Shown: positions 28,431 to 39,078 of the stretch, one piece after another
How positions within the stretch are numbered: position 1 is the stretch's first letter
Layout of the letters: each line of letters opens with the position of its first letter
Assembly (NCBI GenBank): GCA_963797095.1
Contig: CAWCNY010000006.1
Coordinates: 448,001-512,000 of the forward strand
Reading direction: 5' to 3'
DNA: 64,000 nt
Origin: an uncultured Chloroflexia bacterium
GTDB lineage: Bacteria > Chloroflexota > Chloroflexia > QHBQ01 > JADMIH01
The notes under the pieces: model-generated
The model's database searches: none
What the model saw: the letters and a program-made list of their open reading frames with translations, nothing else
What the model was told of the DNA's origin: nothing
Position numbers and translations under genes: made by a program

Positions 28431-30635
28431 CTACCGACCCACCGCTCTCACAGGCCGCAACTCAACATCGGTGAAGTCCGCCGTGCCTAGATCGGTGACC
28501 CGTAGCCACAGAAGCTCATTAGTGGCGTTCGGTGGTATCTTTAGAGCGAAGGCGCTTGCCGAATCGGTGTCGGGCGGGCAGAGAAACCCGCTGCCATAAG
28601 GGAAAGTCTCGATCAACCGGTTAGCGCTGTCATAGGTGGAGAGATAGACACTCTCGGTGCCCCTAAGCTGAGTGTTGCGGTAGTGGACAAACATAACGTA
28701 GGTTGCGCCTGGGATTAGCCTGCTGGTAGAGAGCGTAATATTGGTTTGGCCCTCCTGGCTTGTGGAGGTAAGCACCAGTGCGGGCGTATCTGAAGCTAGG
28801 TCCAATCCCGTATTTCCGTCGCCCCAAAGGACCCACTTATCGGGCTGCTCCTCGCCGTTTAGAAGGTTGCCATGGATAGGCTTCTGTACATCGCTCAGAG
28901 GAGGTAGAACATCGTCGCCCAGGGCCGAGTCGCGAAAGGCCGGGTTGAGCAGAGCATGAACCGCCTCCAACCCCGGCTGGAGGTCGGTGCCCCAGGCAAG
29001 AAGGGTATCAAGTTGTTGACTTGGAGAGGCACGTGGGGCGCGCTGGCGGATGAGCGCAATATTCTCCAATTGGATAACTTCCAGGCCCATCTCGTTGGCG
29101 CGTTGCAAGTATTGTGGATCAATCGGCCAGGGTAGCTCCCAGGCACCCCACACTACAGCATCGTTGTTCGTCAGTTGCTCCACACTCCTTACGTCCAGCA
29201 GGCTGGCATCAAGATAACGGATGGGTGATTTGTCGAGCCACAGATAGTGCGCGATACCCTGGATCGTGAAGGGCGGTGCCGGCTTGAGGCCCCACATCCC
29301 GATCGAGACAACGACCGAGCCGGGTGGGCTGTCTGCCACGATGCGGGCTGCTCCTCGAAAATCCTGTGGCACAAGCTTAGGCCAGGAGTACGATCTCATC
29401 AGCAAGGGTATCGAAATAACAAGCAGCATCAAGGTGACGATCACGAATGCGACCCCGGAAGCGTTACCTGCAAGGGGATTATTCGCAGCCGGCCTGTCTC
29501 GGAAGCGGGCACGAAGGGTTGCCGCGAAGGCCGCAAGCCGCTTACCGCCGAGCGCGATCAAGATGATCGCAGCCGGAACCAGAAAAGTGTAATAACGCGA
29601 GAATAGAAGGAACATCCTCTCGCCTGCCAGCCACCAGAGACCGGCCAGAGGCCCACCAACCCAGGTCAGCAACAACAGACCGGGGAGGCGCGGATGGCGC
29701 ACAACCGACAAGATCGCAGATATCGTCCCGACGAAAAGGAAGAATACGAGGAACTTGTCGAAGCCCAGCCCATGCGCGAGTATGCGCACATCATCGAGCG
29801 TGACGGGGCCAGCGTGCGTAACGTAATAGGTGCGCACCGGCCCCACCCCTCCCAGCCATTCCACTGTGTAGGGAAGCCAGGGGAGATATAGAATAAACAC
29901 CACCAGAGCGGTGAGGCCGAACCAGGCGATCTGAAGGAGGGGCCTGTGTAGATTACCTCCCTCGGTTCGGGTGCTCTCTCCTGCTTGTTTTGCACGGCAG
30001 CCAGTGGCTTTCAAGAGATTGGCGAGGATCGCGATCCCCAGAAAGGTGATCACAACGGCTGTGACCGCCAGGGAGAGATAATGATTATACAGGTTCAGAA
30101 GAGTGAAAATAGCAAGCCCTGCCCAATCGAGGAGACGGTTCGAGACCGCCGCCCGGTAAGCAAAGAGCACCTGAAGGGTGGTGAAAAGCATCAGTGGCAC
30201 ATATGGGTGCGCGTCCTGGCTATGGAAAACGGCGAATGGCGACAGCGCATAAACCAGCGCGGCAATGATGCCGACTCGCCTACCGAACAATGTCTTGCCC
30301 AGAGCGTAGATGGAGGGCACTGTAAGCGCGCCGATTATTACGAAAGGCAATCGGACTGCCACTTCATCGCTGCCCAGCCAGCGCGTAATCCACACGATCA
30401 AGAAGGAGAGTGGTGTGTGGTCGCTCCACTGATTGATGTACGAAATGAGGTCACTCAGCGAGGAGATGCGCACCGTGTAGGCAAATACCACTTCGTCAAA
30501 CCAGAAACCGCGCGCCGGCAGCATGTAGAGCCTCACCAACAGAGCCGCAACCGTCAATGCAGCTACGGCTACCGGTACCGAGGTCAGGTAAGCACTAACC
30601 TTGCTTTTCCCCTCCATAAGATCACAATATAGCAC
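28431..30635 (-). CDS. GT39/PMT-like (GT-C) membrane glycosyltransferase with a C-terminal extracellular domain
   Basis: GFWFDE, DHTPLSF, EVAVRLP, SPFAVFHSQDAHPY, LYNHY motifs; real start may be the ATG at 30617. Confidence 0.82.
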   Translation of the reverse strand: MLYCDLMEGKSKVSAYLTSVPVAVAALTVAALLVRLYMLPARGFWFDEVVFAYTVRISSLSDLISYINQWSDHTPLSFLIVWITRWLGSDEVAVRLPFVIIGALTVPSIYALGKTLFGRRVGIIAALVYALSPFAVFHSQDAHPYVPLMLFTTLQVLFAYRAAVSNRLLDWAGLAIFTLLNLYNHYLSLAVTAVVITFLGIAILANLLKATGCRAKQAGESTRTEGGNLHRPLLQIAWFGLTALVVFILYLPWLPYTVEWLGGVGPVRTYYVTHAGPVTLDDVRILAHGLGFDKFLVFFLFVGTISAILSVVRHPRLPGLLLLTWVGGPLAGLWWLAGERMFLLFSRYYTFLVPAAIILIALGGKRLAAFAATLRARFRDRPAANNPLAGNASGVAFVIVTLMLLVISIPLLMRSYSWPKLVPQDFRGAARIVADSPPGSVVVSIGMWGLKPAPPFTIQGIAHYLWLDKSPIRYLDASLLDVRSVEQLTNNDAVVWGAWELPWPIDPQYLQRANEMGLEVIQLENIALIRQRAPRASPSQQLDTLLAWGTDLQPGLEAVHALLNPAFRDSALGDDVLPPLSDVQKPIHGNLLNGEEQPDKWVLWGDGNTGLDLASDTPALVLTSTSQEGQTNITLSTSRLIPGATYVMFVHYRNTQLRGTESVYLSTYDSANRLIETFPYGSGFLCPPDTDSASAFALKIPPNATNELLWLRVTDLGTADFTDVELRPVRAVGR

Positions 30636-30698
30636 ATGGCATAGCGGTTAATAGCTGCCTTAATGCCTTAATTGCTACGAAATCGGTCCAAAGTACCA

Positions 30699-30727
30699 TT
30701 GACAAAACTAGATACCCGATATATAAT
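30699..30727 (+). promoter_or_regulatory. Consensus sigma-70 promoter with possible PadR operator repeats
   Basis: TTGACA-17 nt-TATAAT; AAAACTAGATAC and AAAACTAGCTAC repeats in and after the promoter. Confidence 0.8.
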
Positions 30728-30759
30728 TATTTCGAAAACTAGCTACTGAGTAGATAATT

Positions 30760-31383
30760 ATGGTCGAAACCGTTGTGCGGTCCAAAACTGAGCGTGGTTC
30801 GGTGCAAAGTGCTTTACTGGCGCTCCTTTCCGAGCGTCCACGGCATGGTTATGAGCTACGCGATCTGTTCGAGGCTGCCCTCGGTGGGCACTGGGAACTG
30901 AATAGTGGTCAGATATACAGCAGCCTTGAACGGCTGGCGCGCGATGGCCTGGTGGTGGAGGAAGGGATCGAGAAGGGCGGTGGCCCCGACAAGCGGCTCT
31001 GGACCCTTACCGACGCAGGAAAGAAGGAATTGCTCAGTTGGCTCGATTCGCCCGTGCTGCGTGATTACCGCCTGCGCGATGAGCTTTACCTGAAGCTGAT
31101 GCTGGCGCTGGTGGCCCAGCCTGCCAGAGCACTCCAGGTCTTGATGGTACAGCGCCGTGAGCTATTTCGTGAGCTGCACGACCTTACCGCCAAACGCAAC
31201 GACCTGGACCCGCGCCGGCAGCTGGCTCAGATGCTGCTGCTAGATAGCGCGATCATGCACACGGAGGCGGAGTTACGCTGGCTAGACATTGTGGAGGCAC
31301 GACTGGATGATATCCGTGAGCAGCCGCCACCCAAGCCGCCGCCCCGGCAGCGAGGCCGCCCCAGGAAGGCGGCAAACAGGTGA
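30760..31383 (+). CDS. PadR family transcriptional regulator
   Basis: LLALLSERPRHGYEL...NSGQIYSSLERL...TDAGKKEL. Confidence 0.92.
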   Translation: MVETVVRSKTERGSVQSALLALLSERPRHGYELRDLFEAALGGHWELNSGQIYSSLERLARDGLVVEEGIEKGGGPDKRLWTLTDAGKKELLSWLDSPVLRDYRLRDELYLKLMLALVAQPARALQVLMVQRRELFRELHDLTAKRNDLDPRRQLAQMLLLDSAIMHTEAELRWLDIVEARLDDIREQPPPKPPPRQRGRPRKAANR

Positions 31384-31429
31384 CTTTGATCATTGAATAT
31401 TTGCATTTCACTCATTTAGGGAGAATAAG

Positions 31430-32167
31430 ATGGCAGTTCTGGAGACTAAGGATCTCACTCAAGTTTACGGTCGTGGCAGCGCCGCTGTGAAGGCTCTGGA
31501 CCATGTGAATATAAGTGTCGAGCCGCAGCAGTTCGTGGCGGTAATGGGCCCCAGTGGTTCGGGCAAATCGACTCTGTTGCATCTGCTGGGCGGGTTGGAT
31601 AACCCCACCGAGGGCACGGTGCTGCTCGATGGCAAGGACCTTTCAAAGCTCGACGACAAAGAGTTGACGTTGTTACGCCGCTCCCGGATCGGCTTTGTTT
31701 TCCAATTCTTCAACCTGATACCCGTTCTGACCGCTGTGGAGAACGTGGCCTTGCCGCTCGTCCTGAATGGCAGCGGAGGCGATGCCACCGAGAAAGCAAC
31801 TACCTGGCTGAAGCGCGTTGACCTGGCAGAACGCATGAACCACAGGCCAAGTGAGCTGTCGGGTGGCCAGCAGCAGCGAGTGGCTCTTGCCCGCGCGCTC
31901 GTTACAGAGCCTGCCGTCATTATGGCCGATGAGCCGACAGGCAACCTCGACTCTCGTGGTGCCGAGGAGATGTTACGCTGGCTGCGTCGCACGGTCGATG
32001 AGTGGGGCCGCACCGTCGTAATGGTCACGCACGACCCCCGCATGGCCGCCTACGCCGACCGGATCATCTTCATGAAGGACGGAACGGTAGTTGACGACAC
32101 CAAGCTCGGCCCCGATAAGACTGCCGAGTATGTGTTTGAGCGAATGGAGACGCTTGCAGAAAGGTAG
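31430..32167 (+). CDS. ABC transporter ATP-binding protein (LolD/MacB-like)
   Basis: GPSGSGKST, LSGGQQQRV, ADEPTGNLD, VTHD. Confidence 0.95.
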   Translation: MAVLETKDLTQVYGRGSAAVKALDHVNISVEPQQFVAVMGPSGSGKSTLLHLLGGLDNPTEGTVLLDGKDLSKLDDKELTLLRRSRIGFVFQFFNLIPVLTAVENVALPLVLNGSGGDATEKATTWLKRVDLAERMNHRPSELSGGQQQRVALARALVTEPAVIMADEPTGNLDSRGAEEMLRWLRRTVDEWGRTVVMVTHDPRMAAYADRIIFMKDGTVVDDTKLGPDKTAEYVFERMETLAER

Positions 32168-32256
32168 GGCGTGAGCGACGAAAGACGCAAGACGAATGAC
32201 ATAAGGCCATTGAGTGTCCAACATTCGTCCTTTGTTCCGCCCAGGAGAACTCAGAG

Positions 32257-34758
32257 GTGCGAACTTACATTACTATCCCATACCGCTACTTGATGGGGCG
32301 CAAGACACGTACGTTTCTCACCACGCTGGCCGTGGTGTTCGGGGTAGCGGTCGTATTCGCTGTGAACATGATGTTACCGACGCTGGCGGCTACCCTGAGC
32401 GCAAGCGAAACGGGCGTAACCGGGCAGGTTGATATGACGGTTACGAGCGTCACAGGCGACCCGTTCTCCCCCAACATAGTAGATCAGGTATCCCAAACCG
32501 GCGGAGTAGCGGCGGTAGCGCCAGCCTTCGAGCGTCAGGTAACGCTGCCCGCCGATTCGAATATGCCGCCATTCACTTTGATCGGCCTCGATCCAGCGCG
32601 CTCTGAGACGGTGCGCTTCTACCAGGTTACGGAAGGCCGCTTCTTGAGCACAGATGATACTCTTTCTGCCGTCGTCTCGCAACAACTTGCCCAGGTGATG
32701 AGTGTGAGTGTAGGCGATACTTTCAAGCTTCCAACACCCGGTGGCCTGATCGACCTTTCGGTCGTGGGAGTGTTCAACACGCTGGATGACCAGATATTGG
32801 TGCCCTTGAATACGGCGCAGACGTTGTTCGCTGCTCCCGGCCAGATCACAGCGATTGATGTAGTAATCACCGCTGGGGCCAACCGTGATGCGGTCAAGCA
32901 AGCTCTGGAAGCTAAGCTAAGTTCTGCGTTCACTGTTGGTAGCGTCGTTGCTAACAGCGAGTTTGCCCAGAGCCTCCAGATAGGTCTGGTCATACTCAAC
33001 GCGTTCGGTGTCCTTGCGTTGTTTATGGGTGCCTTCCTGATCTTCAACACCTTTCGCACGGTTGTAGTAGAGCGGCGACGCGACATAGGCATGTTGCGAG
33101 CGGTGGGGGCCACGCGAGGCACAATTACCCGACTGATCCTGGTCGAATCGGCCATGCAAGGGGTGATCGGCACCGCAATCGGATTGCTTCTTGGCTATCT
33201 GATTGGCTCAAGCCTGATAAACGGATTACAAGGAGTATTGAACCAGTTCATGCGCCTCCGAATTGCCGAAACCATAGTGCCGGTAGAAACCGTGGTCCTG
33301 TCGGTGGTGTTAGGTATCGGTGTGACGGTGCTGGCGGGCCTGCTGCCTGCGTTAAGCGCAGGTCGGGTGCCCGTGTTGGCGGCCCTGCGTGCCGAGCAGA
33401 TAGAGGTAGTGCAAAGACGTAGCAGTATAGGCGCGCTGATCGGTGTGGGCTTGATCGTGCTGGGCGTGGTGAGCCTCTTGTTGGAGAATACCGGGCTGAT
33501 CTTGCTCGGCAGTGTCCTTATTCTAATTGGTCTGGTGATGCTGGCCCCGCTGCTGCTCAATCCCATCGCCCGGTTGCTTGATCCTGTAATACGCTGGTTG
33601 TTTTCTCGCGAAGGAGTGCTTGCCGAGGGCAACTTGAAGCGCAACCCGGGGCGGGCATCTGTGACAGTGTCCGCACTGATGATTGCCCTGGCGATCATAG
33701 TAGCTCTTAGCTCAAGCCTAACTTCAATCCGGACAGTATTCGAATCGAATCTGCGAACAAGCCTGGGTGCGGACATCCTACTGCTGCCGCCGAACCTGGC
33801 TGTGTGGCGTGGTAATGTAGGCGTTGGGGAGGAGTTCGGGCAGAAGCTTGACCAGATTCCAGGTATCCGCTCGTGGACAGGGTTGAGCTACGCTCCAGCC
33901 CTGGCAAAAGGAGCCGGTTTGCAGGTGCTGGCAATCGATCCTGCGACTTACCCGCTGGTATCTGGACTGGGCTTTGATGCGGGCAATGATAGTACGTACG
34001 CAGAGTTGAACAATGGCCGCGCGGCAATCGCTAATAAGATCTTTGCCACTACATTCGGGTATAAGGTCGGCGATAGCGTGCCGTTGCAAACACCGGCGGG
34101 TATGCGGAATTACCTGATCGTCGGCTTAGGCACCGACTATCTCGGCGCAAAGATCAATACGCTCTATATCTCAAAGGCGAATATGGCCCTCGACTTCGGG
34201 CGGGCGGACGACATCATGGTGATGGCGAATCTGGAGCCGGGTGCGGATACTGCGATGGTGAAGGCCCGTATCGAGAACCTGCTCCAGAGCTATCCGCAGT
34301 TGACCCTCTATTGGGGGGCCGACTGGGTGGCCGACCAAGCTCAGTACCTTGACCAGTTGTTCACAGCATACTATGTCATCTTTATCGCGCTGATGATCCC
34401 ATCGGTGTTAGGGCTCATCAACACGCTTGCGATCAACGTGCTGGAGCGCACGCGGGAGATCGGTGTGCTGCGAGCGATAGGCGCGACGCGGGGCCAGATC
34501 CGTAAACTCATAGTGGCAGAATCGTTGCTGCTGGGTATGGCAGGTACTGTTCTGGGACTGCTGTCCGGGCTTGCGCTCGGCTACGGGTTGACAAATGTGC
34601 TGGGCAATCTCTTCAGCTCCAATATAGTCTACAATTTCCCGTTGGTGGGCATCGTGTTCGCAGTTGTGCTGGCGATGCTAATGGCGCTGCTGGCGAGTAT
34701 GTTGCCTGCACGGCAGGCGGCTAGGGTCAAGATCGTGCAAGCACTACAGTACGAGTAG
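32257..34758 (+). CDS. FtsX/MacB-like ABC permease (copy 1)
   Basis: Two FtsX domains (ERRRDIGMLRAVGAT; ERTREIGVLRAIGAT). Confidence 0.92.
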   Translation: MRTYITIPYRYLMGRKTRTFLTTLAVVFGVAVVFAVNMMLPTLAATLSASETGVTGQVDMTVTSVTGDPFSPNIVDQVSQTGGVAAVAPAFERQVTLPADSNMPPFTLIGLDPARSETVRFYQVTEGRFLSTDDTLSAVVSQQLAQVMSVSVGDTFKLPTPGGLIDLSVVGVFNTLDDQILVPLNTAQTLFAAPGQITAIDVVITAGANRDAVKQALEAKLSSAFTVGSVVANSEFAQSLQIGLVILNAFGVLALFMGAFLIFNTFRTVVVERRRDIGMLRAVGATRGTITRLILVESAMQGVIGTAIGLLLGYLIGSSLINGLQGVLNQFMRLRIAETIVPVETVVLSVVLGIGVTVLAGLLPALSAGRVPVLAALRAEQIEVVQRRSSIGALIGVGLIVLGVVSLLLENTGLILLGSVLILIGLVMLAPLLLNPIARLLDPVIRWLFSREGVLAEGNLKRNPGRASVTVSALMIALAIIVALSSSLTSIRTVFESNLRTSLGADILLLPPNLAVWRGNVGVGEEFGQKLDQIPGIRSWTGLSYAPALAKGAGLQVLAIDPATYPLVSGLGFDAGNDSTYAELNNGRAAIANKIFATTFGYKVGDSVPLQTPAGMRNYLIVGLGTDYLGAKINTLYISKANMALDFGRADDIMVMANLEPGADTAMVKARIENLLQSYPQLTLYWGADWVADQAQYLDQLFTAYYVIFIALMIPSVLGLINTLAINVLERTREIGVLRAIGATRGQIRKLIVAESLLLGMAGTVLGLLSGLALGYGLTNVLGNLFSSNIVYNFPLVGIVFAVVLAMLMALLASMLPARQAARVKIVQALQYE

Positions 34759-34808
34759 AAAAAGACAACCGATTACTTGTCAACTGTCGAATTGAGAGGA
34801 ATTCAAAG

Positions 34809-37310
34809 GTGAGAACTTACATTACTATCCCATTCCGCTACCTTGCCGGGCGCAAATTGCGCTCGTTGCTTACCACGCTGGCCGTGGTGTTCGGCGTAGC
34901 GGTGGTATTATCCGTGAACATGATCCTGCCCACCATCACAGCCGTCCTGAACGCGAGCGAGATGGGCGTGACCGGGCAGGTCGATATGACGGTCTCAAGC
35001 GCAACGGGAGCGCCCTTCCCGTCCAGCATACTCGACAAAGTATCGCAGACCAAAGGGGTGGCCGCGGCAGCGCCCGCCTTCCAGCGCCAGGTGATCTTGC
35101 CTGGAGATTCGAACATACCGCAGTTCGACTTGATTGGCCTGGACCCCACGCGCGCCGAAACGGTGCGGTTCTATCAGATTTCGGCAGGTCGCTTCCTCGA
35201 TGCAAGCGATACCGCTAGCGCGGTTATTTCGCAAGGGCTTGCGCAGTCGCTGAACCTGCATCCGGGTGACAAACTCAGTGTGCCGACCCCCAACGGCCTA
35301 GTCGATCTCCCTGTTGTTGGCGTTTTCGCAACTCAGGCAACCGAGCAGGTGCTTGTGCCCTTGCAGAAAGCCCAAAGCATGTATGAAGCCAATGGGCAGC
35401 TAACAGCCGTAGACGTGGTGATTACCGCAGGAGCCGGCCGTGATGCCGTGAAGAAAGCCTTGCTGGATGATCTCGGCTCTGCTTTCATCGTTGGTAGCGT
35501 CGCGGCCAATAGCGCGTTTGGCCAGGACTTGCAACTCGGTGGGATAATCTTCAATGTAGCCGGTATACTGACGCTCTTCATGGGGGCGTTCCTGATCTTC
35601 AACACCTTCCGCACGCTGGTGGTGGAGAGGAGGCGCGATATCGGCATGCTGCGAGCGGTGGGGGCCACGCGGGGCACGATCACACGGTTGATCCTGGTAG
35701 AATCGGCGCTGCAAGGTCTCGTGGGCACGGCAATCGGGCTGGTGCTCGGTTACCTGCTGGGATTGGCTATGGCGGGGGCGCTTCAAGGCTTGTTGGACAA
35801 GTTCGTGCGCATCCGCATAGGCACGCCGGTTGTACCGCCCGAAGCTCTAGTTTTCGCTGTAGTGCTCGGAGTGGGTATGACGGTGCTGGCTGGCCTGTTG
35901 CCTGCGCTCAGCGCGGGGCGATTGCCTGTGCTGGTAGCCCTTCGTGGCGAGGAGGTGGAGGTTGCGCGACGACGTGCCAGCATAGGGAGCATAATCGGGG
36001 TCGGCCTGGCGATTATCGGTATTGTGCTCCTCTTCATCGGAGACGCCCGCACGGCTACAATCGGCGGTGTGCTGATTCTGGTGGGCCTTGTGATGCTCGG
36101 TTCGATGCTGCTCCATCCCATCTCTCGCGTGCTTGAGCCTTTAATACGCTGGATGTTCGCCCGCGAAGGACTCCTTGCGGAAGGTAATCTGGAGCGCAAC
36201 CCGGGCCGCTCTTCGATAACGATGTCGGCCTTGATGATAGCTCTGGCAATCATCGTGGCTCTTTGGGCAGTCTTCTCTTCAATTCAGGACGCCTACATAA
36301 AGAACCTCCAAAAAACCCTGAGCGCCGATGTATTGCTGCTCCCTCCCAGCCTTGGTGTGTGGACCGGTGTCGTAGGCGTTACCGACGAGTTTGAGCACAA
36401 TCTTGCCCAAATACCCGGTGTTGGCAACGTGACCGGCCTTAGCTACGTGCCTGCCCAGGTGAACGGCATTAGTGTCCAACTAATGGGTTTCGATCCTGTA
36501 ACCTATCCGAAGGTATCGAACATCCTCTTTACTGAAGGCGACGACAGCACATATGCCGAGCTGGCCAACGGTCGCACGGCCATCCTTAGCGGAATCCTGG
36601 CTACCACCGTGAACGCCAAAGTGGGTGACACCGTGTCGGTGCAGACGGAGACCGGTGTGTTGAGCTACCGGGTTGTTGGAATAGGTGCTGATTTCACCAG
36701 TATGAAGATCTCCGCGATGTACATATCGAAACAGAACATGGTAGCCGACTTCGGCGATCCCGATGACATAATGGTGATGGCAAACCTCGGGCAAGGCGCG
36801 GATACGGCGACTGTGAAAGCCAACATCGAGAACCTGCTCAAAGACTATCCGCAGTTGACCCTCTACTGGGGAGCCGACTACCGGGCTGCTACTACCCAGG
36901 AGCTTGATCAGTTGTTCTCAGCCTTCTACATTATACTTGTCGCGTTGATCATCCCATCGGTGCTGGGCCTGATCAATACGCTTGCGATCAACGTGCTGGA
37001 GCGCACGCGGGAGATCGGGGTGCTGCGGGCGATAGGCGCGACGCGAAACCAGATCCGCCGTCTGGTGGTGGCCGAGGCGCTGCTGCTGGCCCTGGTTGGC
37101 ACGGCCCTGGGCCTGCTGGCCGGGCTTGCTCTCGGCTATGCGCTGGTAACATACATCGGAAGCACCGTCTATGCCACGACCTACTACTTCCCGGTGGTTG
37201 GGATAGTGCTGGCAATCGTGCTGGCAATCCTGATCGCATTGCTGGCAAGCGTATTGCCCGCTCGGCAGGCAGCCAGGGTTAAGATCGTGCAGGCGTTGCA
37301 GTACGAGTGA
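34809..37310 (+). CDS. FtsX/MacB-like ABC permease (copy 2, tandem paralog)
   Basis: Same length (833 aa) and collinear with copy 1. Confidence 0.92.
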   Translation: MRTYITIPFRYLAGRKLRSLLTTLAVVFGVAVVLSVNMILPTITAVLNASEMGVTGQVDMTVSSATGAPFPSSILDKVSQTKGVAAAAPAFQRQVILPGDSNIPQFDLIGLDPTRAETVRFYQISAGRFLDASDTASAVISQGLAQSLNLHPGDKLSVPTPNGLVDLPVVGVFATQATEQVLVPLQKAQSMYEANGQLTAVDVVITAGAGRDAVKKALLDDLGSAFIVGSVAANSAFGQDLQLGGIIFNVAGILTLFMGAFLIFNTFRTLVVERRRDIGMLRAVGATRGTITRLILVESALQGLVGTAIGLVLGYLLGLAMAGALQGLLDKFVRIRIGTPVVPPEALVFAVVLGVGMTVLAGLLPALSAGRLPVLVALRGEEVEVARRRASIGSIIGVGLAIIGIVLLFIGDARTATIGGVLILVGLVMLGSMLLHPISRVLEPLIRWMFAREGLLAEGNLERNPGRSSITMSALMIALAIIVALWAVFSSIQDAYIKNLQKTLSADVLLLPPSLGVWTGVVGVTDEFEHNLAQIPGVGNVTGLSYVPAQVNGISVQLMGFDPVTYPKVSNILFTEGDDSTYAELANGRTAILSGILATTVNAKVGDTVSVQTETGVLSYRVVGIGADFTSMKISAMYISKQNMVADFGDPDDIMVMANLGQGADTATVKANIENLLKDYPQLTLYWGADYRAATTQELDQLFSAFYIILVALIIPSVLGLINTLAINVLERTREIGVLRAIGATRNQIRRLVVAEALLLALVGTALGLLAGLALGYALVTYIGSTVYATTYYFPVVGIVLAIVLAILIALLASVLPARQAARVKIVQALQYE

Positions 37311-37323
37311 GAGAATAGCATAG

Positions 37324-37364
37324 AAGCAACAAATGTGGCCGCGCCGCGGCCACATTTGTTGCTT
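37324..37364. terminator. Perfect palindrome; probable bidirectional terminator
   Basis: AAGCAACAAATGTGGCCGCG-C-CGCGGCCACATTTGTTGCTT between convergent genes. Confidence 0.75.
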
Positions 37365-37375
37365 AAGGCACCTAT

Positions 37376-37987
37376 CTAAACGTCGTTTTTCATGACGCCG
37401 ATGTAGGGGAGATTTCGGAAGCGCTCTTTGTAATCTAGGCCATATCCCACCACGAACTGGTCCGGAATATCGAAGCCGATGTAGGCCAGACGAATATCGA
37501 GCAGGCGAACACTGGCCCGATCCAGGAGGGTACAGACGCGGAGAGACGCTGGTTGCCTGCTCCGGATCAGCTTCATCAGGTAGGCAAGCGTGAGGCCCGT
37601 ATCTACTATGTCCTCCACAATGAGAACGTGCCTGCCTGTGACCGGTTCGTCCAGGTCTTTGATAACGCGCACACCTCCATTACCCCTGGTATCAGGGCCA
37701 TAAGGGGTGATAGCGAGGAAATCGACACTGACGGGAATATCGTAGGGGATGGCGCGCATGAGATCGGCCATAAACGGAACGACGCCCTTGAGGACGCCTA
37801 CCAGGTGGAGAGGGCGGTCAGGTGTGACTCCGAGCTTGCGGTAGTCATCGGCGATCTCATAAGCCAACTCGCCTACCCGTGCTTGGATCTCTTCTTCAGT
37901 TATGAACGCCTCGATCCCTGCGCGAGGGTCCGAGATCGTTTGCTCAGAAGGCGAATCTGATGTGGTGGTCTGAAGGTCCAGTGTCAT
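37376..37987 (-). CDS. hpt: Hypoxanthine phosphoribosyltransferase
   Basis: VGVLKG, VLIVEDIVDTGLT, FVVGYGLDY, RNLPYIG. Confidence 0.93.
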   Translation of the reverse strand: MTLDLQTTTSDSPSEQTISDPRAGIEAFITEEEIQARVGELAYEIADDYRKLGVTPDRPLHLVGVLKGVVPFMADLMRAIPYDIPVSVDFLAITPYGPDTRGNGGVRVIKDLDEPVTGRHVLIVEDIVDTGLTLAYLMKLIRSRQPASLRVCTLLDRASVRLLDIRLAYIGFDIPDQFVVGYGLDYKERFRNLPYIGVMKNDV

Positions 37988-38041
37988 GATAACTATTGCT
38001 TACCGCGTACTACTTACTCCGTCACTCGTCACTCGTCTATT

Positions 38042-38827
38042 TCACGTATCACGTTCCCCAGGCATTTCAGCTTCCAATTCTTCCTGAGGAATGCCGAAAC
38101 GCTCTAACAGGCGTTGGTAATCGCGTCGGTAAAGAAGCTTTATATTGATCTCAGGATAGAGCGCTCGGATAAGCCGGAGCTTGCGGTTCTTGCGCCGGAC
38201 CAGCGATTGGCGCATGGTGGTCAGCTCTATATAAAGGTCGAATTCGGTCAGATAGAAATCGGGAGTGAACATTTCAACAGGTTTGCCGTCGCGCCATTGA
38301 AGAGCAAACTGGTGCGGCTCATATTCCCATTCAATGCCGTAATAATTGAGGAGGCGGGCGAACTCGGCCTCGCTGGCGTGGTGGAAATCGATGCCTCCCA
38401 CCGTGATCACACCGCCGGGTGGGCTGGATTCAGCCCCTGGCTTGGGCGCATTGTGACCTTTGGATGGCGAGACTGTGGGGGAACCGGTGGCGTCGTCGCC
38501 TGAGGCGGGGGAGGGGGTCGGCGACGATGAAGAAAGAGACGCGGAAGCGGGGGCGGTAGAGGGGACGGCGTGAGATGCCGTTGAGCTTGGAGGGTTGGAA
38601 GGTTTGGGGTGGGATTTAGGAGTAGGGTGGGTTTCGGGGGGTGGCAACGCCGGGGGAGATGCGTTGTGCTCCTCTTTGGTAGAGGGGGGGTCGTAGAACT
38701 GCATCTCCATCTGGTAGAGATGAGGGGCCTTTGGCCTTCGGGTTCCCGACCCTCTTCTAAGTGGCTTTTTCAGTTGTTCCGTTTCCTGAGTTTCCTCTAT
38801 TACCCTTGCTGCTTTGCGTCTTGGCAT
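38042..38827 (-). CDS. Putative PD-(D/E)XK-like nuclease domain protein with a Ser/Pro-rich N-terminus
   Basis: SEAEFARLL...WEYEP...FTPDFYL...YIELTT motif pattern. Confidence 0.65.
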   Translation of the reverse strand: MPRRKAARVIEETQETEQLKKPLRRGSGTRRPKAPHLYQMEMQFYDPPSTKEEHNASPPALPPPETHPTPKSHPKPSNPPSSTASHAVPSTAPASASLSSSSPTPSPASGDDATGSPTVSPSKGHNAPKPGAESSPPGGVITVGGIDFHHASEAEFARLLNYYGIEWEYEPHQFALQWRDGKPVEMFTPDFYLTEFDLYIELTTMRQSLVRRKNRKLRLIRALYPEINIKLLYRRDYQRLLERFGIPQEELEAEMPGERDT

Positions 38828-39078
38828 CCTTTGGCCCTACTCTAGCTATCGTGGCTCACTTAGCAAATATAGCCGGCGTATGGGTGCCGTCAGTCACCGC
38901 TGCCCATCTGGTGTTGCAATTGCAGTTACGTCAATTATAAACCATATGTAGAGCACGTGACAATACGCTTTTCCACACATTCTTGCGGATGACATAAGCA
39001 ATTTTTATACCGTGAATGTCGGCATCAACCCTTTTTCGTTGTGTCATTCTCGGTTCTCTAATTGTCATATATATGCCA

